From assembly GCA_963667805.1 (NCBI GenBank), contig OY764016.1:4458998-4522997 (forward strand): DNA of 64,000 bases. Direction: 5' to 3'. This stretch comes from Candidatus Poribacteria bacterium. GTDB lineage: Bacteria; Poribacteria; WGA-4E; WGA-3G. A program made the translations under genes and the position numbers. The first letter of the stretch is position 1. The number at the start of each line of letters is the position of its first letter. Shown in pieces: positions 52,691-61,451 of the stretch. The notes below the pieces were generated by a model that saw only the letters and a program-made list of their open reading frames with translations, ran no database searches and was not told the origin of the DNA.

Positions 52691-54070
52691 TTACGAAAGT
52701 TGGTAGGCGTGGTGTTGTCTGCGCCGCTTGTTGACATAGTGTTCGCCGGTCTGTTTGGAGATGAGTTCGTAGAGCACGGCTTGTTTGCCTTCTCGCTTGC
52801 GGAGGATGCGTCCTAACCGTTGGACGTGTTCTCGGACACTGCCACTGCCAGAGACAATGATGCCGACATTCGCTTCCGGAACATCTACGCCTTCGTTGAG
52901 GACTTTAGAAGTGACGAGGATGGAATAGGTGCCATCGCGAAACCTGTTCAAAAAATCATTCCGTTCCTTGAGTTTCGTCTGATGCGTTAGCACTGGCAGA
53001 AAGAAACGCGTGCCGAGTTGATACGCCGTATTGTTGTCCTGTGTAAAGATGAGGATCCGATCCCCGCGGTGCCGCTGAATGAGTTTCCACACCCATTCCT
53101 GCTTTGTCGTTGAGGCAAAACTGAGCTGCTTCTGAGCGAGATACGCTTTAAAGACGGCGCGCCCTTCTTCCGTTAGAGAGGCTTTCCAGAGAAAAGTGTG
53201 CCAGCCGCGCGGTGTCCCCATATTAATGCGCTCCTGTTTAAGGAAGTTTAAATAGGTGCGCCGGGCTTCTTCGTACCGAACCCGCTCCGTGTCTTCCATC
53301 TCAACCGCAATCGTGACAACTCGGTACTCGGAGAGCGTTTTCCCAGAGAGTTCTTGCACCTTCGCCTCATAACACGGTTCACCGATAAGTGTATAGAGCC
53401 GACTTTCTTTTCCATCGGTCCGTTCTGGTGTCGCTGTCAATCCGAGGCGAAAAGGAGCGATGCTGCTGATAGCGGCATATTGATACTGATCGCTCGGTAG
53501 GTGATGGCATTCATCGAAAATAGCAAAGCCGAACCGATTTCCGTAATAGGGTGCATGCATGACAGCGGATTGATACGTCGTCACAGTGAGATCTTTCAGT
53601 TCATGATAACCACCGCCATAAAGTCCTACCTCTTGTCCGAAGTGTTCTTTCAACACGGTATACCATTGCTGCATTAGGTCGATTGTCGGCACGTGCACGA
53701 GTGTGGGACGTTGCGTGTCGGCGATGAGCAGAATCGCGATAAAGGTTTTACCCGCACCCGTAGGGAGGCTCACTACACCCCGTTTGCCGTTGGCGTGCCA
53801 CGCGTCTATTGCCTCGGTCTGATAAGGGTAGGGGGCCATCGTGTGTTGGTGCGTGAAGGTTTCGACTGTAAACTGCCGCGCTGTGTCCTGATACGCGATG
53901 TCGTGTGCGCGCAACTGTGAAACGATATGCCGGTAGCGATAGGCGGGCGCACGAAAGGTGAGGGTGCGTTCATCCCAGCGGAGGTCTGGCAATCGGGTTT
54001 CGAGTGTCTCTGGAACGTTCTGTAAGATGAGAGTGCCTTTGTCGAAGTTGATTTTTAACGGTGTTTCCAT
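52691..54070 (-). CDS. XPB/Rad25-like superfamily-2 DNA helicase
   Basis: N-terminal damage-recognition-like domain. Helicase motifs are LPTGAGKT, FDECHHLPS and LGLTATPER. RED-like FLNRFRDG. Motif VI QRLGRILR. Confidence 0.7.
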   Translation of the reverse strand: METPLKINFDKGTLILQNVPETLETRLPDLRWDERTLTFRAPAYRYRHIVSQLRAHDIAYQDTARQFTVETFTHQHTMAPYPYQTEAIDAWHANGKRGVVSLPTGAGKTFIAILLIADTQRPTLVHVPTIDLMQQWYTVLKEHFGQEVGLYGGGYHELKDLTVTTYQSAVMHAPYYGNRFGFAIFDECHHLPSDQYQYAAISSIAPFRLGLTATPERTDGKESRLYTLIGEPCYEAKVQELSGKTLSEYRVVTIAVEMEDTERVRYEEARRTYLNFLKQERINMGTPRGWHTFLWKASLTEEGRAVFKAYLAQKQLSFASTTKQEWVWKLIQRHRGDRILIFTQDNNTAYQLGTRFFLPVLTHQTKLKERNDFLNRFRDGTYSILVTSKVLNEGVDVPEANVGIIVSGSGSVREHVQRLGRILRKREGKQAVLYELISKQTGEHYVNKRRRQHHAYQLS

Positions 54071-54176
54071 AAATCACACCTTTACTTCAGGAGGGCGGTG
54101 CGTGAGATAATCGGCGTATCTAAGCGTTTAGAGAGTAGGGCGTGCGGTTCTTGAAATATTGTTTTTTATTTTTTAC

Positions 54177-54224
54177 CTTTTCGCAGAATTTGTCAAGGAG
54201 GAATTTGACATTTCTGCGGAAAAG
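54177..54224. promoter_or_regulatory. imperfect 20-bp-arm palindrome (TTTTCGCAGAATTTGTCAA ... TTGACATTTCTGCGGAAAA) upstream of a small ORF
   Basis: It is centred on GGAGG and contains TTGACA. Operator/promoter candidate for the 81-aa ORF at 54269. Confidence 0.3.
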
Positions 54225-54268
54225 TGTTAAAATTCTGAAAAGATTCGTTTTAGCCTTTTAATAGAGAG

Positions 54269-54514
54269 GTGTTAAGCATGGACAATCAAGAATTCCAAAG
54301 ACACGTCTTAAATTGGATGGAACGCGTGGATGCTCGCCTCGAACGCGTGAATGCTCGCCTTGGTTCACTTGAACAGGATGTAAGTTGGATAAAGGGAAAA
54401 ATGGAAGGTCGCTCTGAGTCATCATCAACGCACCGAGCGAACCTTGCTATCGGTATTAGTATTGTTGTTGGTATTGGCAGTCTCCTCGGACTCATTGTTA
54501 GTTGGATGAAGTAA
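54269..54514 (+). CDS. small hypothetical protein with C-terminal transmembrane helix
   Basis: 81 aa. It has a coiled-coil-like N-terminus (ERVDARLERVNARLGSLEQDV) and a C-terminal TM helix (LAIGISIVVGIGSLLGLIVSW). Confidence 0.3.
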   Translation: MLSMDNQEFQRHVLNWMERVDARLERVNARLGSLEQDVSWIKGKMEGRSESSSTHRANLAIGISIVVGIGSLLGLIVSWMK

Positions 54515-54663
54515 AAAACAGATGAGTTCCCTGTCAAAAATGAATGTATCTCATCCTATTCCATTTCTCTCCAATAAACTGCCGGTGGTTTGAAAATGAG
54601 GCCACTTTCCCTGCTAAAATGGACGTATCTTTGACATAAAATCTACAGAGAGGAACAGAACCC

Positions 54664-55629
54664 ATGCCGAAACTCATAATCATGCCGCCACAGGACGCGG
54701 AATCACACGAATGGGCTGAACGTCTCCAGAACGAATTGCCCGCATACACCGTCGTCTTACCAGAGACAGATGAAGCGGTGAACGAACACCTCCCCGATGC
54801 AGATGCTGTCTACGGTTGGGTGTCCCCGGAACAACTGCCGTTAGCGAAAAATCTGAAGTGGCTACAGAACCCCGCTGCGGGTCCCTTCCCCGGCTACTAT
54901 TATCCAGCGTTGATCGAACATCCCGTCGTCGCCTGCAACCCGCGTGGTATTTACAACGACCATATTTCGCAACATATCATGATGTTCGTGCTTGCCCTTT
55001 CTCGTGGGCTGCCTTACTATATGGATGCACAACGTGAAGGTGTTTGGGAGAAAGATGCCCGTAAAAGTGGATACATCGACCTCGCACAAGCAACAGCGTT
55101 AATCGTTGGTGTTGGCGGTATCGGGCATGAAACCGCACGCCTCTGCGATCAATTCGGGATGAAAGTGATCGGTGTGGATCCGAGGTGGGAGTATGAAGTG
55201 CCTTTTGTAGAGAAGCACGAACCCGCGGAACTTGACGCACTCCTCCCGCTCGCCGATTTTGTGATAACGACGACACCACACACACCTGAAACAGAAGGAA
55301 TGTGGGGCAAAGACCGTTTCACCCTGATGAAACGGACGGCTTACTTCATTAACATCGGGCGCGGCAAGACGACAAAACTCGCCGACCTTATTGACGCACT
55401 CGAGCAGGGAAGTATTGCGGGCTGCGGCTTAGATGTGTTTGAGGTTGAACCTTTACCGGCTGAAAGTCCATTGTGGCATCTGCCCAATGTGTTAATAACA
55501 CCACATATCGCTGTGAAAGATGCGGAAAACCTTCTGGGACGGCGGTTTGAGATTCTCTTGGAAAACGCACGTAGGTTTGCCGAAGGGGTGCCGTTGCAGA
55601 ACGTCGTCAATAAGGCGGCATGGTATTAA
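54664..55629 (+). CDS. D-isomer-specific 2-hydroxyacid dehydrogenase family protein
   Basis: NAD-binding GVGGIGHETARLCDQFGMKVIGVD. Catalytic R/E/H region ...FINIGRG...LITPHIA. Confidence 0.8.
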   Translation: MPKLIIMPPQDAESHEWAERLQNELPAYTVVLPETDEAVNEHLPDADAVYGWVSPEQLPLAKNLKWLQNPAAGPFPGYYYPALIEHPVVACNPRGIYNDHISQHIMMFVLALSRGLPYYMDAQREGVWEKDARKSGYIDLAQATALIVGVGGIGHETARLCDQFGMKVIGVDPRWEYEVPFVEKHEPAELDALLPLADFVITTTPHTPETEGMWGKDRFTLMKRTAYFINIGRGKTTKLADLIDALEQGSIAGCGLDVFEVEPLPAESPLWHLPNVLITPHIAVKDAENLLGRRFEILLENARRFAEGVPLQNVVNKAAWY

Positions 55630-55681
55630 AGCATTTCAGAAGGTCGTAGGCACACGCCGTTGTGCCGTGAGAAAAAGAGGT

Positions 55682-57625
55682 ATGAAATTGACAAACAGCA
55701 CCGTTACATCTCAATATTTGCTTGGAGATGAACAGATTCGCCATTTTATTGTGAATGGGTATGTCAACGTCACCGCCGACATCCCGACGCACATCCACGA
55801 AACCATCTACGACAAAACCGACGAACTCTTTGAGGATTCGACGGATTTCCGAGGTGATAGACAACACAACCCACTCAATAACATTTTACCGTTAGTGCCG
55901 GAACTGCAGGTAGTTTTAGAATCGCCAGAGGTGCGCGGCGCACTCACCAGCATTTTGGGGAACGGATACGTCATGCACCCGCATCGGCATTGCCATCCCA
56001 ATTTTGCCGGAAGTACACCGAGCGGAAAGGAAGATGAAGAACGGTTGATGATGCCGCTTCATAAAGATGGGCACGCCGGTGGAAAACGACCGCGGCACCG
56101 AACGCCTCGGTGGGCAATTCTTTTCTATTATCCGCAACCGTGTCTTGCCGAGCAGGGACCGACCTGTATCATCCCCGGAACGCAATACCTCCGAGAATTT
56201 ATGCTCGGAGGCGAGCGTCAACGGCACGAGATACATGCGGCGGGTGGAAACGGGACACGACGCCTTTCCGAAGATTTCCTGAATCGCAATCTTGTCCCGA
56301 TGTCCGGTGAACTCGGCACGGTGTGGATTATGCACTTTGATATGGTGCATTCGTTCCTGCAGAACTATGTGCCTCTGAATCGCTACGGCATGAAATTCGT
56401 CTTTATGCGGACCGAGCAGCCGACAGCACCTTCGTGGAACAGTGAAACCTCTCTGTGGCAACCGCCTGAAGTCAACCACGTTCCTTACGATGCGGAGATC
56501 CTCTGGACGTATATCTGGAATTGGATGTCCGGCAAGACGGATTTGTATGAAACCGCTCGTCCAGATACCACGATAGATACAGCATCAGCGATTGCAGCAT
56601 TGAAAGCAGACGATCCGAACGAGCGTATGAAAGCCGCCAACGAATTGGGTTTTTGGCGTAGCTTGCAAGCCGAAACTTGCTCTAAAAATATGGGAACAGA
56701 TGCCGCGGCGGTTGTCTCAGCACTCGTAGATGCCCTCGAAGATAGTTATGAACCCGTCCGTCGGAACGCCATCTATGCCCTTGGTGCGATCGGTGAACCT
56801 GCTGTTAAACCCCTCGCTGACGCACTGGATTCAGAAAAGGAGGCGTTTGATATGGAACCGATTCTCCATATCTGTGATGCCGCACACGGACTCGCGGCAA
56901 CAGGAGCACCCGCTGTGTCCGAACTCATAACAGCTCTACAGGACGAACGCGAAAACGTGCGTGCCTCAGCAGCGTATGCATTAGGCGAGATGGGTCCCGT
57001 CGCAGCAGAGGCGGTTGATACCCTTATTGCGTTGTTAAGGGATGAATCGGCGGAAGTGCGGCGACATGCCACCTCCGCATTGGGCATGATTAAGGTGCCA
57101 GTATCAAAGACAGTCCCGGCGTTGGTTGCGGTTCTGGAAGATCGTGAAGACACGGATTTAGCGTTTTTTGCGGCGCAGGCGTTAACCCGTATTGGACCGG
57201 ATGCAACGGAGGCTATCCCGGCGTTACGAGAAGCGTTGACGAGTGAGTCGGCGTATGTGCGTGGCTTCTCTTCGGAGGCATTGGGTCGGATTGGCACTGC
57301 TGAAGCATTGCAGGCGCTCGTGCCGTTCCTACGGACCGCGCGTTGGTTTAACTACGTCAAGAAGACCATGCCGGCTTTCAGTATTGCGTTGAAGGACGCA
57401 AAATCTGCACCGAGTGATGCCGATTCCCTCACGAAATTGATTCAAGAGTGGGCGAAACAGAAAGACATCCCGTTGCCGGAGACGGAGGCGGTCTCAAAGG
57501 ACTCAGATACACAATTTCAGGTGACCTTCAGCGATGGCAGGCAGGTGAGTGCACGGGTTGAAGGGAACGTGCTAAACCTCTACCGTAAAACGCGTGTGGA
57601 AGCTGGATTTAAGACGTATCGTTAG
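55682..57625 (+). CDS. PhyH-like dioxygenase domain fused to a C-terminal HEAT-repeat (PBS-lyase-type) domain
   Basis: Start at the ATG at 55682 (MKLTNS...). The track's 55520 start overlaps the upstream gene. N-terminal IRHFIVNGYVNV...HPHRHCH resembles PhyH. The C-terminus has at least five HEAT units (VRRNAIYALGAIGEPA, VRASAAYALGEMGPVA, VRRHATSALGMI, FFAAQALTRIGPDA, VRGFSSEALGRIGTAEA). Confidence 0.55.
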   Translation: MKLTNSTVTSQYLLGDEQIRHFIVNGYVNVTADIPTHIHETIYDKTDELFEDSTDFRGDRQHNPLNNILPLVPELQVVLESPEVRGALTSILGNGYVMHPHRHCHPNFAGSTPSGKEDEERLMMPLHKDGHAGGKRPRHRTPRWAILFYYPQPCLAEQGPTCIIPGTQYLREFMLGGERQRHEIHAAGGNGTRRLSEDFLNRNLVPMSGELGTVWIMHFDMVHSFLQNYVPLNRYGMKFVFMRTEQPTAPSWNSETSLWQPPEVNHVPYDAEILWTYIWNWMSGKTDLYETARPDTTIDTASAIAALKADDPNERMKAANELGFWRSLQAETCSKNMGTDAAAVVSALVDALEDSYEPVRRNAIYALGAIGEPAVKPLADALDSEKEAFDMEPILHICDAAHGLAATGAPAVSELITALQDERENVRASAAYALGEMGPVAAEAVDTLIALLRDESAEVRRHATSALGMIKVPVSKTVPALVAVLEDREDTDLAFFAAQALTRIGPDATEAIPALREALTSESAYVRGFSSEALGRIGTAEALQALVPFLRTARWFNYVKKTMPAFSIALKDAKSAPSDADSLTKLIQEWAKQKDIPLPETEAVSKDSDTQFQVTFSDGRQVSARVEGNVLNLYRKTRVEAGFKTYR

Positions 57626-57756
57626 AGCAAGGGAGCACGCCGAACTCGTGAGCGTTAAACAACATAGTGATGGAACGAGAGGCCAGGCATGAGCGGTAGC
57701 AGCACGTGAAAGACGTGCGAATTGACGACGCGAAGAAGACTGGGATTCGTGTCGTT

Positions 57757-57783
57757 TAACCGCAAGGAAAAGTAAAAAAATGG
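57757..57783 (+). promoter_or_regulatory. short copy of the conserved CCGCAAGGAAAAGTAAAAAAATG leader/RBS element
   Basis: taaccgcaaggaaaagtaaaaaaatgg immediately 5' of the HIT gene ATG. Confidence 0.45.
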
Positions 57784-58187
57784 ATTGTATATTTTGTTCC
57801 ATAGTTGCTGGTGACATTCCAGCGACCACAGTGTATGAGGATGAAGATGTCTTGGCTTTTATGGATATTGCTCCCGCGAACCCGGGACATACTCTCATTA
57901 TACCGAAGCAACACTATCGAAATATCTATGATATGCCTGCAGAAGTAGGCGGTAAAATTATGCAAGCTGCGGTTTCACTCGCAAACGCGATCCGAACCGC
58001 ATTGAATCCTGATGGGCTTAACCTCTTTCAATCGAATGAAGCCGCAGGATTCCAGACCGTTTTCCATTTCCATCTCCACCTAATCCCGCGATGGGAAGGC
58101 GACCCGATCCGGTTGCCGTGGCGACCGAGCGAAGGGGACATGGAGGAAATCGGCAACATTGCAGCAAAAATTCGAGAAGCCTTGTAG
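57780..58187 (+). CDS. HIT-family (histidine triad) nucleotide hydrolase
   Basis: Histidine triad HFHLHLIPR. 135 aa. Confidence 0.8.
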   Translation: MDCIFCSIVAGDIPATTVYEDEDVLAFMDIAPANPGHTLIIPKQHYRNIYDMPAEVGGKIMQAAVSLANAIRTALNPDGLNLFQSNEAAGFQTVFHFHLHLIPRWEGDPIRLPWRPSEGDMEEIGNIAAKIREAL

Positions 58188-58296
58188 AACTGGTCTACAG
58201 GAATACTACTCCTACGGAACTTCGTCGAAAGGACATAATTCGTTGGTTGGGTAGGTCTAAGGAAACCGTAGCCTGCAACACCGGCGCAGGCGGATA

Positions 58297-58360
58297 TACG
58301 TAAAGGAACTTCAAATCTGAAATCCACCTGACCGAACCGCAAGGAATAATTAAAATTATG
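58297..58360 (+). promoter_or_regulatory. long copy (about 60 nt) of the conserved leader element ending in GAACCGCAAGGAATAATTAAAATTATG
   Basis: acgtaaaggaacttcaaatctgaaatccacctgaccgaaccgcaaggaataattaaaattatg. Confidence 0.45.
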
Positions 58361-59059
58361 AATATCTTGATTACCTCCGCTGGTTCTGAACTGGCGCGCA
58401 ACGTAACGGGAGCATTAGCGGGGGAACACACACTCCGCTTGACGGAGCTGTATCCTGTTGACACTGTTGAAGGGACGTTCGTGCAAAGCGAACTTGGGCA
58501 CGACGAGTCAACCAATGAACTGGTGCGGGGCATAGATATTATTATCCACATCGCTGAAACACCGCCTAATCTTCTTGCTGAAGCCGACCAACCCGACAAT
58601 TACGCTATCGATTATCAGACGCGCTGCACTTATAACCTCCTGATGGCAGCAGCGGAAGAAGGCGTGAAACATGCCATTTATGCAAGCACGCTCCGCCTCT
58701 TTGAGCAACACGGTGAAGACTGGACGGTTACAGAGAGTTGGCGACCTCGTCCTTCTGTGGATAGTTTCGTGCTTTCAAAGCATCTGGGTGAGTTCACATG
58801 TAGAGAATTCGGGCGTGAAGGCAAACTCAACGTGACGTGCCTTCGTCTCGGTAACCTCGTTACTGCTGATGCCGCGGCAACCGCCGAACCAGATTCAATG
58901 TGGCTTGAGATGAAGGACGCAGTCACCGCGTTTCAGGGAGCACTTGAATCGTCCTCGCCGTGGCGGATCTTTCACATCCAGTCAGAGTTCCCCGGTTCTC
59001 GTTTTTCGATCGGGAAAGCCAAGGGGCATCTAAAGTTCGAGCCGCAATTCGTACCGTAG
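58358..59059 (+). CDS. atypical NAD(P)-binding Rossmann/SDR-like (NmrA/epimerase-like) protein
   Basis: MNILITSAGSELARNVTGAL is a degenerate glycine-rich loop. It is a paralogue-like neighbour of the next gene and has the same architecture. Confidence 0.5.
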   Translation: MNILITSAGSELARNVTGALAGEHTLRLTELYPVDTVEGTFVQSELGHDESTNELVRGIDIIIHIAETPPNLLAEADQPDNYAIDYQTRCTYNLLMAAAEEGVKHAIYASTLRLFEQHGEDWTVTESWRPRPSVDSFVLSKHLGEFTCREFGREGKLNVTCLRLGNLVTADAAATAEPDSMWLEMKDAVTAFQGALESSSPWRIFHIQSEFPGSRFSIGKAKGHLKFEPQFVP

Positions 59060-59149
59060 CCGATAGGTAGCCATCCCTGCCGTTCCTGAACCAAAATTGT
59101 AGCCCGTAATGTAATGGAGGGGTTTTTGCTTGGGCGTTTCCTCTGGATA

Positions 59150-59232
59150 TACGCAAAGGAACATCAATACCAAGTCCTACCTGACCGAACCGCAAGGAAA
59201 AATTAAAAGACCGCAAGGAAAGTTAAAAGATG
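59150..59232 (+). promoter_or_regulatory. long copy of the conserved leader element with duplicated CCGCAAGGAAA core
   Basis: acgcaaaggaacatcaataccaagtcctacctgaccgaaccgcaaggaaaaattaaaagaccgcaaggaaagttaaaagatg. Confidence 0.45.
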
Positions 59233-59955
59233 AAAGTTCTTATTTTAGGGGGTAATGGGTATCTCGGACCGCATGTCGTCAAGGCGTTGGAACCTTACTA
59301 TACGTTGCGCGTCACAGACATCAACGAGATTGAAACGAAACATGAGTCGATGCACATTGATGTCGGTTCACTGGATCAGGTGATGCGAGCGACTGAGGGA
59401 ATGGACGCGATTCTCAATTGCTCCGTCCTACGACACGATCGGCAACTCGCTTTTGATGTGAGCACGCGTGGATGTTACAATATGATGCGCGCCGCTGTCG
59501 AACACGGTATCCGTCGCGTTATCAACACAGGACCCCATTTCACCATCCAAGGGGACGACTATACCACCTACGATTACGAGATTAACCCGGATGTTCCACC
59601 GCACACCAGCACTGGACTCTATCCGTTAACCAAGGGGTTAGGACAGGAAATCTGTAAAGTCTTCACTGAACATTATGACCTCTATGTTCTCTGTTATCTG
59701 TTCCTGAGTTTCCGAGAGCAGGACGATCCTGCAGAAGGCACCGATCTCAATCCCTTTTCTGTCAGTTGGCGGGACGCAGGTGAAGCCTTCCGACTGGGTT
59801 TGGAGATCGATTTGGAAGACCTGCCATCACGCTGTGAGATTTTCAATATTTTCGCAGATTTACCGCATCAGCAATTCTCGAACGTCAAAACGAAACGGAT
59901 TTTAGGTTTCGCGCCTCAGGATAACTTTGAGCGGATGTGGCATAAAACGGAGTAG
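59230..59955 (+). CDS. NAD-dependent epimerase/dehydratase (SDR/NmrA-like) family protein
   Basis: MKVLILGGNGYLGPHVVKAL is the Rossmann GxxGxxG motif. 241 aa. Confidence 0.65.
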   Translation: MKVLILGGNGYLGPHVVKALEPYYTLRVTDINEIETKHESMHIDVGSLDQVMRATEGMDAILNCSVLRHDRQLAFDVSTRGCYNMMRAAVEHGIRRVINTGPHFTIQGDDYTTYDYEINPDVPPHTSTGLYPLTKGLGQEICKVFTEHYDLYVLCYLFLSFREQDDPAEGTDLNPFSVSWRDAGEAFRLGLEIDLEDLPSRCEIFNIFADLPHQQFSNVKTKRILGFAPQDNFERMWHKTE

Positions 59956-60009
59956 AACATCAATACCGCAAGGAAAAGTTAAAAAGCCGCAAGGAATAAT
60001 TAAAAAATG
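59956..60009 (+). promoter_or_regulatory. copy of the conserved leader element with duplicated core
   Basis: gaacatcaataccgcaaggaaaagttaaaaagccgcaaggaataattaaaaaatgg. Confidence 0.45.
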
Positions 60010-60777
60010 GAGATTAAACTCTTGGCACATCGAGGCGGCATGGGGCGTGCCCCCGAAAATACCCTTGCTTCCTTCAGACAGGCGTTGGTGGACGGTGCCG
60101 ATGGATATGAGTGTGATGTCTGTCTCACCCAAGATAAACAACCCGTCCTAATTCACGTTGGCTTCAACCGATACAGTATTCAGAAAGCGACGGGATGCTC
60201 AAGATCCCTCAGTGAACTTACGTGGGAAGAGGTCCAACAACTCACGATGGAGGCATCTGATGAACCTGTTGCCCACCTTAACGATGCCCTTCATTTCGCA
60301 CGAGAAAACCAAATGCCGTGCTTCATTGAACCGAAGACGGACACGCCAGAATTACTCCCCATCATCGTAGAACAAATCCGCCATTTTGAAGTCGTTCATC
60401 TTGTCAATATTCTCACGTTTTACTTTCGCAAGCATTTGCTTGTGGAGGCTAAGCGTTTAGAACCAAAGTTGCAGACGAGTGCGATTCTCATTAATCCGGC
60501 GGCGAACTTCCTCAAGGCAGCGGCGGCTATTGATGCAGACCGCATCATCTTAGGCTGGAGTGGGATTAATCACTTTGGGCTTTATAACGCTTTCACGCAG
60601 ACTGTTACACGCCAGGTTAAGCAGCTCCAGGCAAACGGGATTGTTGTAGATGCCGGGTTCATTCAGACGGCGAAAGATGTCGATTGGGCGGTCTCACCGC
60701 GGAAAGCTGGGGGTGTTGATGGCTTATGGGTGGACGATGTGCCTTATATCAGACGTTGTCTCCGAGAGATGTTTTAA
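60007..60777 (+). CDS. glycerophosphodiester phosphodiesterase (GDPD) family protein
   Basis: HRGGMGRAPENTLASF...DGYECDVCLTQD...FIEPK matches the GDPD motifs. Confidence 0.7.
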   Translation: MEIKLLAHRGGMGRAPENTLASFRQALVDGADGYECDVCLTQDKQPVLIHVGFNRYSIQKATGCSRSLSELTWEEVQQLTMEASDEPVAHLNDALHFARENQMPCFIEPKTDTPELLPIIVEQIRHFEVVHLVNILTFYFRKHLLVEAKRLEPKLQTSAILINPAANFLKAAAAIDADRIILGWSGINHFGLYNAFTQTVTRQVKQLQANGIVVDAGFIQTAKDVDWAVSPRKAGGVDGLWVDDVPYIRRCLREMF

Positions 60778-60787
60778 ACTATTAACT

Positions 60788-61417
60788 TCAAGTTTCCGTG
60801 TACCATGCAATAGGTTCGTTTTGTAAGTAGGGAAGCAGCATTCTCCGAAGTTTCCGACGGGCGTGATGTAAGTACGTTTTAACCGTGCTCTCCGACTTGC
60901 CCAAGCGTGATGCAATCTCTTTTATTGGGAGTCCTTCCCGGTGCCGTAGGTAAAAAACACTGCGTTGGGTAAGAGGGAGCTGGTGGGCGGCTTTACGGAT
61001 AATCTCTTCGAGTTCTTTCCTTTCGAGAAGTGCACACGGTGAAGGTTGCACCTCGGCCATTTGAAGTGTATCGTCTGCGTTCTGCGGTAATTCCTCGAAT
61101 CCTATAACATCGTGTCTATTGCGCTTACGGAGAAAGTCAATGCTACGATTGACAGCAATTTGGTAAAGCCAACTGTAAAATACGGATTGCCCCTTGAAAT
61201 TTGGCAATGCCTGCCACGCCTTCAAAAACACCTCTTGGCAGAGGTCTTTCGCTGTCTCACGATCACAAACCTTGCGATAAATCAGATTATAGATTTTTTG
61301 TTGATATTTGTACACGAGTGGATTAAACGCCTCTGTATCACCATTTTGGGCGCGTGCGACAAGTTCCTGCTCATCGAAATGGTTGAGTTCAGTATGTGTT
61401 GTTAAAGCATTTCTCAT
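60788..61417 (-). CDS. ECF-type sigma-70 family factor
   Basis: Start at the ATG at 61417 (AAGGAG SD). The track's extension overlaps tolC. Region 2 is DLCQEVFLKAWQAL and SWLYQIAVNRSIDFLRKR. Region 4 is LPIKEIASRLGKSESTVKTYLHHARRKLRRML. Confidence 0.75.
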   Translation of the reverse strand: MRNALTTHTELNHFDEQELVARAQNGDTEAFNPLVYKYQQKIYNLIYRKVCDRETAKDLCQEVFLKAWQALPNFKGQSVFYSWLYQIAVNRSIDFLRKRNRHDVIGFEELPQNADDTLQMAEVQPSPCALLERKELEEIIRKAAHQLPLTQRSVFYLRHREGLPIKEIASRLGKSESTVKTYLHHARRKLRRMLLPYLQNEPIAWYTET

Positions 61418-61451
61418 ATTTTTCTCCTTGCAAATATCTTTAGTGCGTACC

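Noticed and set aside
54269-54514. Possibility that the 81-aa ORF is a phage holin or anti-sigma factor
   Set aside because: There is only a single C-terminal TM helix and a coiled-coil-like N-terminus, with no phage genes nearby. It is kept as a low-confidence hypothetical only.
55520-55681. 5' extension of the PhyH-HEAT ORF overlapping the 2-hydroxyacid dehydrogenase gene by 110 nt
   Set aside because: The extension is in a different frame over a well-supported gene. An internal ATG at 55682 with a plausible N-terminus (MKLTNSTVTSQYLLGDEQIRHF) is the likelier start.
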